Source of the DNA: Bythopirellula sp.
GTDB taxonomy: Bacteria > Planctomycetota > Planctomycetia > Pirellulales > Lacipirellulaceae
Length of the DNA: 64,000 nt
Assembly: GCA_965216565.1 (NCBI GenBank)
Contig: OZ244170.1
Coordinates: 2,848,001 to 2,912,000, forward strand
Direction: 5' to 3'
Position 1 is the first letter of the stretch; each line of letters begins with the position of its first letter. The notes under the pieces were generated by a model. That model searched no databases. It had not been told where the DNA came from and saw nothing but the letters and a program-made list of their open reading frames with translations. Positions 19,668-28,248 of this stretch are shown here, piece after piece. Both the position numbers and the translations under genes were made by a program.

Positions 19668-20642
19668 TTGGCCACCGCGACTCAGGATCTCATTTCGTTG
19701 CAGATCGATCGTGAGCTCTCGAAGCTCAACAAGCTGCATAGTTCTCCACAAATTGCCCTGCGTGTGATGGAAATCATGCGTCAGGATGACTACGAGATGA
19801 TTGACGTGGCGGAGTGCCTGGAGAACGATCCGGCGCTGACAGCGTCGATTTTGCGGCTGGTGAACTCTTCGTACTACGGCGCGGTGCAACCGATTACGAG
19901 TTTGTCACATGCATTGAATTATCTCGGTCGACGCAGCGTTCGGCTGGCGGTGCTTAGCTTTGGCTTGGTGAAGTCGATGGTCAGTGGTGCCCCGGCGCGA
20001 CTGCACATGGACTATTGGCGACGTTCGCTCACCATGGCGGCGGCAGCACGTCGCTCGGCATTACTCACCAGCGAGCGAGAGGTTGATCCCGATTCCGCCT
20101 TCACCACCGGGCTCCTAGCCGATCTCGGTATTCTGGCGCTTGCTCAACTTCATACCAACAAGTACGCAACAATCGCGGAGGAGCCTGACCACACATCGCG
20201 ACAAGTGCAATTGGAGCGTGAAGCCTTTGGCTTCGACCACATGGCCGTGGGCGGTCGATTGCTGACCCGGTGGGGCCTGCCCGAGGAGACCATCGAAGCG
20301 GTTTCCAATCACCACGTCTACTTGCCAATCAGTTCCGAACTGAATCATCATCTGGTTGTGGCAACGCTCTTGACCGATGTGTTGTGGAACCCGGCGAGCA
20401 CCTACATGCAACCACTTCGTTATATCTTGCAGAGTCGTCTCCAACTGGACGTAGACGATCTGATTAGCCTGGCGCAAGAAACAAAGAAGTCGGTACAAGA
20501 AAGCATGGTCATCTTTGGTGTGAATTTGAAAATGACCATCGATGTCGAAGCCATCGAAGCCGAGGCCCGCGAGCAATTCGCCCAAGCCGCAATGGACGAA
20601 GACACTTTTCTGGGTGGGTTTGATGCGCTGATTCTGGAGTAG
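19668..20642 (+). CDS. HDOD domain signal-transduction protein
   Basis: DPALTASILRLVNSSYYG, ALNYLG, YWRRSL, AFTTGLLADLG, EREAFGFDH..VG.RLLTRWGLP, HH. Probable TTG start at 19668 behind GGGGA. Confidence 0.88.
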   Translation: MATATQDLISLQIDRELSKLNKLHSSPQIALRVMEIMRQDDYEMIDVAECLENDPALTASILRLVNSSYYGAVQPITSLSHALNYLGRRSVRLAVLSFGLVKSMVSGAPARLHMDYWRRSLTMAAAARRSALLTSEREVDPDSAFTTGLLADLGILALAQLHTNKYATIAEEPDHTSRQVQLEREAFGFDHMAVGGRLLTRWGLPEETIEAVSNHHVYLPISSELNHHLVVATLLTDVLWNPASTYMQPLRYILQSRLQLDVDDLISLAQETKKSVQESMVIFGVNLKMTIDVEAIEAEAREQFAQAAMDEDTFLGGFDALILE

Positions 20643-20701
20643 TGCGTGAACTCTAACAGTCGGAAATGCATGATTCACTGACTCGTACGCGCCCTCAATA
20701 A

Positions 20702-20909
20702 TACGCCGAAGGCGTTACATTCCACAGCCTAGGGTTCCGAGCGCAGCGAGCTACCCTAGGACTGAAGGCACTAGAACCGTTGATACCCCAAAGGGGTTTC
20801 ACAAAGAACCACGGAGGTTTAATCCTTTCAGGATATAAGATCTCCAAGCCACTGTTACCCAGGGTGCGCTCCGCGACCCTGGGCTGAGGAATGTAACCGC
20901 TTTGCGGTA
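20702..20909. repeat. ~208-bp two-armed palindromic element (REPIN/MITE-like)
   Basis: Left end TACGCCGAAGGCGTTACATTCCACAGCCTAGGGT versus reverse complement of right end TACCGCAAAGCGGTTACATTCCTCAGCCCAGGGT; each arm carries nested hairpins. Confidence 0.75.
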
Positions 20910-20939
20910 CTGTCAGAAAATCGATCGCGAATGAAAACT

Positions 20940-23660
20940 CTATGCGAGTCTCGATCTCCGGCGATAACCGAGCAGGCTCACTGCTGCAAAGCTGGCCAAG
21001 AACGCGGTGCCGGGTTCCGGCACGGAGGTAACCGCGGCTACGAGTGGCACGCCCTGGCCGAATTGTTCCTGCCAGATGAGGAAATCGGTGCCGTCCACTT
21101 GCAGGTCGCCGTTGGCGTCGCCGTGGTAGTGTTCGGCGGAGCCGCTGAGGCCGTAGTTGTTTTCCCAGGCAGCCAGGTCGGCGTTGTCGACGTCGCCGTC
21201 TTCGTCGAAGTCGGCCGCGGCGGGACTGGCTACTTGAATCCAGGCGTTGTAGAACGCGATGCCGAAGCTTGCGCCCATTTCTTCATAGTGCGACAGGGGA
21301 CGATTGTTGCCGAACTCGGCTTCGAAGGTGATATCGACCTCCGCATTGAGAAACGCCTCGGCAAAGTTTGCCGAGGTCCAATTGGAACCCGTGGAATCTG
21401 TATCCAAAATGTGTGGCTGGAGATTCTTCAGTTCCACCCAAAAGTCCGCGAGGTTGTCGCCTTGTTCGTATTCGATGAACCCAAAGTCATCGCCGACGCT
21501 TGCGGGAATGGTCGAGTGGAAATCGATGAATGCGTCGACCACCGAGCCAGGGGTCGCTTGCGTATCAGCAATCATCGCTTCGCCATTGACCTTGATGACC
21601 TGGTCGTCAACCCAGAAGGTGGGGTTCCACTGCCCGTTGGGCTCGACCGTGGGGTTTTCCACGGTGCCCCGGTTGTTGCCGGCAAAGCGACCAGCCGCGT
21701 TCATTGTGGGGTAAGCGAAGATCTCGACGTCTTCTCGAAGGCGTGCCGCCCGGGCGTCGTCGGAAATTAGCCAATTGACCATGGCCTCGAAGGTGTGCGT
21801 GCCGAGCACTTCGCCGGCATGCATGCCGGTGGTGATCACAATCTTGCGTTTGGGCGAGGCCGAGTCGGTCGCCGGGTTTGTAATCCGGTAGGCGTAGACG
21901 TCACGCTTGGGGACGAGTCGGCCGAGGTCGTCGGAGTTAAGGGGTGTCTCGCCGATCACACCGTTGGCGTCGCCCGAGAGGGTCGGCTCGGCCCAGGGCG
22001 AGGCGAGCACCTGGGCGGTATGGGCAGACGAGCGTCCGTACGAGTAGGGCTGGGCATAGGCCACGTAGACTACGTCGTCCGTGAAAGCCGAGTTGTTCGA
22101 AAAGGTGTAGAGATTACCGCTGCGATTGGCGTTATCGAAGAACTCCCAGTTTTCGTTATCGTACGAGTAGACCATCTTGTGATTGGTCAGTGCGCCATTG
22201 CCGCCGGCAAAGGGCTGATCAATAGAAAACTGTGGCTGAGCCCCTTGCAAGCCGGTGCCCTCGAAATACATCCATCGCCAGCGATTGCTGCCGTAGTAAT
22301 TGTCGCGACCAACCAGGTCTATGTTGTTCACATCGCCACTCCAGCTCTGGAGCGAACCATGTTCGAAGTTGCCAGTGAGGTTCAGCACGGCATAGGAAGG
22401 TTGGATGACTCCCGCGGCGAGCGTTAGAGCGAGTACGCTGACCACCACATTGCGAAGCGGAAATACCTGCCTACGGGCCGATCGTCTGGCGAACGTCGCT
22501 GCTAATCCACCCGCTACCAGAAGCAGCAATCCAGCGGGCTCCGGCACCTGGGCGGCGTTACTGGAGGAACCACTGAATGGTCCATCCGTCACGCGAACAT
22601 TATCGAATAGGGCGAATGCCAAATTGGGGTCGGTTCCCTGACTAGAAAAGTAATCGACGATGAACAGACCAATCCCACCCTCCAAGCCAACAGGCCGCTC
22701 CTCGCTGTTGATTCCATCGAAGGGATCGTCGGTGACGCTGTTGTCGATCGTTCCCAGCAAGAAGGAACTTCCCGCGGCATGACTCTTGAGAAAAACTTCG
22801 GCAGTACCAAGATTTCCATTGGTGCCATTGCCTGTGGCGTTGGCATCGACTTCGATCATGACCGTCACCCATTGAAAACCCAAGGCTCCAGCTTGATTGG
22901 TACCAGAACTATTCAGACCACCTGTGGCCGCAGAGATATCGATTGCGGGAAAAAGCGCCGCCAGATCGATGTTGCCGTTGCTATCGGAGTGGTTGTAGCC
23001 GGGCCTGTTTCCTGTGCCGAAGTCACTCTCTGCATACTGCCCGCTATCGAGGTCAAGCCTGGCCCCATCCTTGAGCAGGATGTAGTCGCAAATTCCATCG
23101 TCGGAAGAACTGCAACCCGCGCTGCCATCGCCGCTAAATGTGACACCGGCTCCGTTCTGCGCAGGCGTAAAAGTAAACTGCGCGTCGTCGAGATCAAATC
23201 CAGCCGACACCCCAACATGCTCGGTTGTGCCGGAGGCGTCGTAGTTCATCCAAACATCAACCTCCACCGTGTACTGGTCGTCGAAACTGGCGTCTTCGTA
23301 CACAGCTGCCACCTGGTCGCCCGCCCAACCTCCGGGCAGATTTGCCGCGAGCCGCAGTCCCAGCGTGCTCGCATCGTTGGGATCGCTGTTGGGCGCCTCG
23401 GGAATTCCGTAAGCCGAGTAATCGAAACCAAAGTCGGCCGAACTGATATCGGTGCCGTCTGGTTTGTCGGTTCCCCCGAAGTGGGAGTATTGCCAGCCAG
23501 TGCCGGTGCTGAGATCGTCGGAGAAAAGGACTGTCTGGCCATTGGTTCGTTGCGGACCAAATGACATTAGTAAGATCGTCAGCATACTTAGTGCCAACGA
23601 GACTGATCGACAACGCCTGATCCGAAATGGACTTGTCTGACATAAACTTGATCGAAGCAT
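20940..23660 (-). CDS. Two-module surface protein: PEP-CTERM domain + internal signal peptide + M14 zinc carboxypeptidase + dockerin-like repeat + second PEP-CTERM
   Basis: Internal VPEPAGLLLLVAGGLAATFARRSARR; M14 motifs GMHAGE, FIDFHS, TFEAE; ADFDEDGDVDNAD; terminal VPEPGTAFLASFAAVSLLGYRRRSR. Confidence 0.85.
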   Translation of the reverse strand: MLRSSLCQTSPFRIRRCRSVSLALSMLTILLMSFGPQRTNGQTVLFSDDLSTGTGWQYSHFGGTDKPDGTDISSADFGFDYSAYGIPEAPNSDPNDASTLGLRLAANLPGGWAGDQVAAVYEDASFDDQYTVEVDVWMNYDASGTTEHVGVSAGFDLDDAQFTFTPAQNGAGVTFSGDGSAGCSSSDDGICDYILLKDGARLDLDSGQYAESDFGTGNRPGYNHSDSNGNIDLAALFPAIDISAATGGLNSSGTNQAGALGFQWVTVMIEVDANATGNGTNGNLGTAEVFLKSHAAGSSFLLGTIDNSVTDDPFDGINSEERPVGLEGGIGLFIVDYFSSQGTDPNLAFALFDNVRVTDGPFSGSSSNAAQVPEPAGLLLLVAGGLAATFARRSARRQVFPLRNVVVSVLALTLAAGVIQPSYAVLNLTGNFEHGSLQSWSGDVNNIDLVGRDNYYGSNRWRWMYFEGTGLQGAQPQFSIDQPFAGGNGALTNHKMVYSYDNENWEFFDNANRSGNLYTFSNNSAFTDDVVYVAYAQPYSYGRSSAHTAQVLASPWAEPTLSGDANGVIGETPLNSDDLGRLVPKRDVYAYRITNPATDSASPKRKIVITTGMHAGEVLGTHTFEAMVNWLISDDARAARLREDVEIFAYPTMNAAGRFAGNNRGTVENPTVEPNGQWNPTFWVDDQVIKVNGEAMIADTQATPGSVVDAFIDFHSTIPASVGDDFGFIEYEQGDNLADFWVELKNLQPHILDTDSTGSNWTSANFAEAFLNAEVDITFEAEFGNNRPLSHYEEMGASFGIAFYNAWIQVASPAAADFDEDGDVDNADLAAWENNYGLSGSAEHYHGDANGDLQVDGTDFLIWQEQFGQGVPLVAAVTSVPEPGTAFLASFAAVSLLGYRRRSRLA

Positions 23661-23889
23661 GAGAACCCTCTGGTAGATTCAGCGCACAGAGCGCGACATT
23701 GGCAGGCGATTTTGGTAAGCGCCACTGTTCCGAGTTAGCAGGCAGCTAACTCTAATTTAGTAGCTGAGGGCGATTCCGACAAACAAGCCAGAAAAGAATC
23801 CTCAAGCGAAGGCCCTAGATGGTAGCGTTTTGACCAGATTCACTCACAGGCGAAACGACTATCACTCTTTAGCGCAGTTTCGGCTTCTG

Positions 23890-24858
23890 CTACTTGGCCC
23901 CGGTAAGCTTCACCGCAAACCAACCCGCCAAGGGATCGATCCACCGACGCACGGTGTTGGGTGAGATGAAAGACAGATTGGCAATGATCATGACTAAGCC
24001 AAAGGTGATCATCCCCATAAATAGCGCGATACCGCCGTGGACAAATACGGCCATCCACAGCACCAGCGGTCGGCTGTATCGATTCCAAATCAGGAAACAA
24101 TAGAACAATTCCCAGAAAACCGTGGCATGCGTGGCCAGGGCCACTAGCACAGGCCAGTTGCCAAGCCAGGTCATGTCGAGCGATTGGTACTCGTAGTTGG
24201 CAACCGCCCACCAGACCGCCGTGCCCGCTTGCCAATTCTCGCCGCTGAGTTTTGCCATGCCCGAGAAAAGGTAAATGATACACAAATGTAATTGAATCAA
24301 CCGAATCGCCACGGTCGCCCAGGTGCTGGGTAGCGCGGGCCCCGTATCGCCGCGCCGCAACCGACGAATGCGATCGACCGAGTACCGCGCCCCACACGGG
24401 CCGAGCATCAGGTACATCGCGAGAAGACAGTTGATCTTATCGAGCCCGAAAAACGCGCCTGGGCTGACCCGATGAGCGTAGCTCACTGCAAACAAGAATG
24501 CCAACACCGACATGGGCCGACTGAATAGACCGATCATCAGACAGAAAAAAACAAGCAACGCAATAATGTGAACAGTCCACAGTAGCCAAGTCGATTCGAT
24601 CCAAAAGAACAGACTCCACACCGACCATTCGTTTTGGTGCACTTGCTCGCGGAGATACTCGACCGGCAACCAACCCTGAGGGCCCAGAAAGGCTTCCAAA
24701 TCTAGCGACCACACTAGATGCGTATAAAACAGCATACCCCCGGCTAGCAGACGAATCAGTGACAACGTCGCCGGATCGCTGGGCTTGAACCAGAAACGAT
24801 TCCAAGCGTCCCAAGCATCGACTATGTAGTCTCGCACATCACCGAAGACCGCCTTCAT
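23890..24858 (-). CDS. HTTM-domain membrane protein (SdpB / vitamin K-dependent gamma-carboxylase-like)
   Basis: WNRFWF.P..P.TL..IR, LMIGLFSR, YSVD, IRLIQLHLCIIYLFSGMAKL.GENW..G, H.GI...MG...F. Start MKAVFG overlaps the upstream stop (ATGA). Confidence 0.85.
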   Translation of the reverse strand: MKAVFGDVRDYIVDAWDAWNRFWFKPSDPATLSLIRLLAGGMLFYTHLVWSLDLEAFLGPQGWLPVEYLREQVHQNEWSVWSLFFWIESTWLLWTVHIIALLVFFCLMIGLFSRPMSVLAFLFAVSYAHRVSPGAFFGLDKINCLLAMYLMLGPCGARYSVDRIRRLRRGDTGPALPSTWATVAIRLIQLHLCIIYLFSGMAKLSGENWQAGTAVWWAVANYEYQSLDMTWLGNWPVLVALATHATVFWELFYCFLIWNRYSRPLVLWMAVFVHGGIALFMGMITFGLVMIIANLSFISPNTVRRWIDPLAGWFAVKLTGAK

Positions 24859-25589
24859 TGCTGGCCTCCTGGGATGGCGACGGCAGACTCCGCTTGCGCG
24901 GGCGAACTCTCGGGCCGAGGCCTGCCCTGAAGCGTCGCAATCACTTGATAGGTGGAGGGTGTGTTGAGCGGCGTCTCTTCTTGGACCCGTTGAGGATCGA
25001 GCAAGAAATGGATCAGCCATTCCATGCGGCTGGGTCCCCCGTGAACCGTGGCCAGGTGGTCGGCATAGTTTTGGCCCGACTCGCGTCCCATCATTTCCGT
25101 TTGCTCGGCGAGCATCATATGTCGGTGGTAAAACAGCCGCGGCCACTGTTGCTCGAGGTTGGGGAATTCACCTTCGATTTGCTCGCCCGCGGGAGTCGAC
25201 ACACGGTAGCGAATGATGTGAGTCCCCGCTGGATCGGGAGCAAAGAATTCGTAACCGTGATTCAGATAAGCCAGGTTTAAATAGTGCCGAAAGAACTTGT
25301 GCAGTTCTTCGGTCACGAGGGGTCGCTGCCAAATGGCGCTGTCGTTGGCGGGAATCTGTGGCTGGCCTGGCGGAGGGACGTAACCGGGCGGCAACGCCGG
25401 GCCGACTGATAAATTCCAAGGAGCAGAGACAATGGCGACCAGATGCAAAACAACCAACAGACTCACCAGCAGCCGCCATGCTACGTGCCAAGGCATGCTG
25501 GGATTAACGCGTTTCGGCTTAGCTTTCGGTTTGGCAGCCGGCTGCTTTTCCGGTGGCGAAGTTGGGTTGTCTTGCCTCTTTTTTGACAT
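24855..25589 (-). CDS. Single-TM exported protein, SdpA/DUF5819-like HTTM partner
   Basis: Basic N-terminus, TM ending in LVVLHLVAI, motif NHGYEFFAPDP (resembles the W/Y-x-F-F-A-P-x-P motif of HTTM partners); coupled to the HTTM gene. Confidence 0.6.
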   Translation of the reverse strand: MSKKRQDNPTSPPEKQPAAKPKAKPKRVNPSMPWHVAWRLLVSLLVVLHLVAIVSAPWNLSVGPALPPGYVPPPGQPQIPANDSAIWQRPLVTEELHKFFRHYLNLAYLNHGYEFFAPDPAGTHIIRYRVSTPAGEQIEGEFPNLEQQWPRLFYHRHMMLAEQTEMMGRESGQNYADHLATVHGGPSRMEWLIHFLLDPQRVQEETPLNTPSTYQVIATLQGRPRPESSPAQAESAVAIPGGQQ

Positions 25590-25648
25590 GGGAGTAGCTT
25601 GGCGACGAGGCAAGAATAGGGGTTCAGGGCGAGTTGCGAGCCTATAGC

Positions 25649-25689
25649 AAAAGAAAAACCCCCGCACCGGTCAACACCGATACGGGGGG
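25649..25689 (-). terminator. Rho-independent terminator after the TIGR03000-type gene
   Basis: Minus strand: CCCCGTATCGGT-GTTG-ACCGGTGCGGGG followed by TTTTTCTTTT. Confidence 0.8.
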
Positions 25690-25729
25690 ATATGAAAATC
25701 GACCGCAAACCTAATCTTCCAATGGGGCT

Positions 25730-26719
25730 TTATCTGTCCAATTGGGCAATTTGGGTTGGGGCCGCTGTGTCGAAGCTAAACGCTAGCTCGTAGTTCTTGC
25801 CGCCTATGATCTTGAGATCTTGCTCACGAACCAAGGTCTTGCCGTCTCGCTCGAGCTCGACACGTATTTGGTACCCGTCCCAAGACTCACCCGCTTTGAG
25901 CTGAGTGGTGGTATAGGTCCGCTGCGCGCCAGTTTGCTTGGTCTGGCTACCCAGCAAGTAAACTTTGGCCTTTGCCGGGACGTCGACTGTCAGCTTGGTT
26001 TCGACAGGCTCGGTTTCCTCGGCGATGGCGGTTGCTTCTTGGGTTTCGCCAAACGACAGCGGAATCACGTCGCCTGCGCTGAGCTGCACAACCTTCTCTT
26101 CAGTCACAGCATCTTGGCCTGCTGGCTTGTAGGTGACCTCGAACTTATAGGTATAAGTCATGCCAGACTTCAAACCACGCGATACATAGCTGCGCTCCGA
26201 GCCAGTGCTCTTGGTTGGAGTATCGTTTACAACAACGGTCGCACCCTCGGGCACTTGGACTTTGATCGTCGCTGTGCTGTCGGCGGAACTGCTGCTAGCA
26301 GATGCGTAGGATGTGGTGTTTGAACTGCTGGATGCGTAATGGGAATGCGACGAAGAATAATACGTCGAAGCGTAACTACCATGCGATCCGTAGCCACCAT
26401 GGCTGCCGGCAGATCCATAGCTCACCGAACCGTGACTACCATAGCTGCCATAGCTCGCGCTGGAACCGTGGCTGCCATAAGAACCGTGCGAATGCCGGGC
26501 GGCACGTCGAGCACGAATTCTGGCGAACAGCCCCATTCGTCCATGGCTGCCGTGGCTGCCATAGCTCGCGCTGGAACCGGAACTGCCGTAGCTGCCATAG
26601 CTCCCCGAGGACCCCCAACTTCCGTAAGACCAAGCCATAGCGTCGGTACCAACCAATGCCACTACTAATCCTGGCACAATAGCCAACGCCAACTGCCTGC
26701 AAGTTCTTGCGACTTTCAT
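25730..26719 (-). CDS. Secreted protein with (G/A)-S-X repeat region and two TIGR03000-type Planctomycete domains
   Basis: RBS CAGGAG; signal peptide ending AMA; GSYGSHGS repeats; two copies of V.VP..A.V......T..TG..R.Y....L..G..Y.Y. Confidence 0.85.
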   Translation of the reverse strand: MKVARTCRQLALAIVPGLVVALVGTDAMAWSYGSWGSSGSYGSYGSSGSSASYGSHGSHGRMGLFARIRARRAARHSHGSYGSHGSSASYGSYGSHGSVSYGSAGSHGGYGSHGSYASTYYSSSHSHYASSSSNTTSYASASSSSADSTATIKVQVPEGATVVVNDTPTKSTGSERSYVSRGLKSGMTYTYKFEVTYKPAGQDAVTEEKVVQLSAGDVIPLSFGETQEATAIAEETEPVETKLTVDVPAKAKVYLLGSQTKQTGAQRTYTTTQLKAGESWDGYQIRVELERDGKTLVREQDLKIIGGKNYELAFSFDTAAPTQIAQLDR

Positions 26720-26926
26720 CTGTCTCTCCTGAAAAAACACTATGTCTAGAGTGGTACGAGTCTCCCTACTGAGCATTACGATAGCAGCCCGGGCCCGTAA
26801 TTCAAGTAAGCTGCGCAATTTTGTCCTGATTTGGCGACTAGGGGGTTTGCAAGTGAAAAATAGGGCTGAGAAAACCTGACCGCATCCAGAGCTAGCTAGG
26901 GCCTCTAGGCCACTCTGCCCCCTGGT

Positions 26927-28177
26927 TCAATGTCCAGACTGAATTGGTTCCAACCGCACCGCATCAATATCCAGTCGTCCCGTCCCGCCTTGGAGCCCAA
27001 GCCGGACTATGGCCTCGCGAGTGGCTGGAGGAACGCGGAGTACTTCTCGCGTTTTGGTCCAGGAAAACGATCCTTCCCATTTGCCGAGACGGCGGTTTTC
27101 GATCACCGCGCGGCGGCCGTCGAAAAACGCGATTTGTAAGCAAGGCCGATCACCAGTGAACAGTCCTGGCTTGAGGTTGCGCCCTCGTGCGGTGGAGGAG
27201 ATTTCGATTTCGCGCACCTCACGGCCATCAATCGCCAAGCCTTGCAGGGCACGGCTAGCGCGTCCCGGCTCGTTGGATTTGAACGTCAGGTAGCGTTTGC
27301 CGTGGGGGGCATCGTTCTGCGAGACCTTTGCATCGCGTAGATAATGCCAACCAACGGGAAGGAGTGCGTCGTTCTCGTTCTCATTTAAAACTTGCTCGAA
27401 GCTGCCGTTGACGATTGCTGGTTTCGTCGGATCGGGAATCACCTGGCGAGCGTCTTCGGCCGCACCCGTCATCGGCACGAATAGCGTGGCCTGAAGCACC
27501 TCTCGCGTGAGCTTGCCATTGCGTTTTGTGACCCGATAAAGATTCTGTTGGTAACGCTCGCCCACTGGGATGATCAACTGCCCGCCTTCTTTGAGTTGTT
27601 CAACTAGCGCCGGCGGAATACTCTCGGGGGAGCAGGTGACGATAATCTTGTCGAACGGTGCCGCCTCGGGCCAACCGGCAAAGCCATCGCCGACGCGAAC
27701 CTGAACATTGTCGTAGCCCAGCGATTTCAATTTTCGCTCGGCGCGCTTTCCCAGGCTCTCGACGATTTCGATGGTGTACACCTCGTTGACCAAAGGGCTC
27801 AAGATCGCCGCTTGATAACCGCTGCCGGTGCCGATCTCCAGCACGCGATCGTCCGGTTGCGGATCAAGCTGCTCAGTCATGTAAGCGACGATGTAGGGTG
27901 GCGAGATCGTCTGTTGGTCACCAATCGGCAAGGCAACGTCTTGATAGGCCAGATGACGGAAGCCGCCGGGCACAAATTTGTGACGCGGCGTTGCTCGAAC
28001 CGCAGCCAGAACGCGGGGGTCGTTGACGCCTGCCCCTGCGATTTCCTCCCGCACCATTTGCTCGCGCTGCTGGGCGAAGTTTTCGGCTTTGCCAGAACTT
28101 GCCGAACAAATAATTAAGAGCATGGCCGCTAAACCGCAAGCGATCGTCGACCTGTTAATCCCAATATCGCGATTCAT
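26927..28177 (-). CDS. pcm: Protein-L-isoaspartate(D-aspartate) O-methyltransferase with signal peptide and C-terminal CBM-like domain
   Basis: PRHKFVP, AYQDVALPIG..QTISPPY, VLEIGTGSGYQAA, GDGFAGWPEAAPFDKIIVT, FVPM; C-terminal IVNGSFE...GW domain. Confidence 0.9.
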   Translation of the reverse strand: MNRDIGINRSTIACGLAAMLLIICSASSGKAENFAQQREQMVREEIAGAGVNDPRVLAAVRATPRHKFVPGGFRHLAYQDVALPIGDQQTISPPYIVAYMTEQLDPQPDDRVLEIGTGSGYQAAILSPLVNEVYTIEIVESLGKRAERKLKSLGYDNVQVRVGDGFAGWPEAAPFDKIIVTCSPESIPPALVEQLKEGGQLIIPVGERYQQNLYRVTKRNGKLTREVLQATLFVPMTGAAEDARQVIPDPTKPAIVNGSFEQVLNENENDALLPVGWHYLRDAKVSQNDAPHGKRYLTFKSNEPGRASRALQGLAIDGREVREIEISSTARGRNLKPGLFTGDRPCLQIAFFDGRRAVIENRRLGKWEGSFSWTKTREVLRVPPATREAIVRLGLQGGTGRLDIDAVRLEPIQSGH

Positions 28178-28248
28178 CCCCCTATCTCCTGGTTTCTGTG
28201 AAACGCTATTATGAAGGGTCACCCCCCTAGGTTTTAACGAAAGCTACT

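Noticed and set aside
20931..23564. Long plus-strand ORFs (279, 210 and 261 aa)
   Set aside because: Antisense shadows of the well-supported minus-strand surface protein.
24859..25146. N-terminal extension of the HTTM ORF in the ORF track
   Set aside because: Overlaps the upstream gene in another frame; the ATGA-coupled start at 24858 is far more plausible.
26370..26632. SYG repeats as GFP-like chromophore
   Set aside because: Chromophore formation needs the GFP beta-barrel; here SYG lies in a low-complexity tract.
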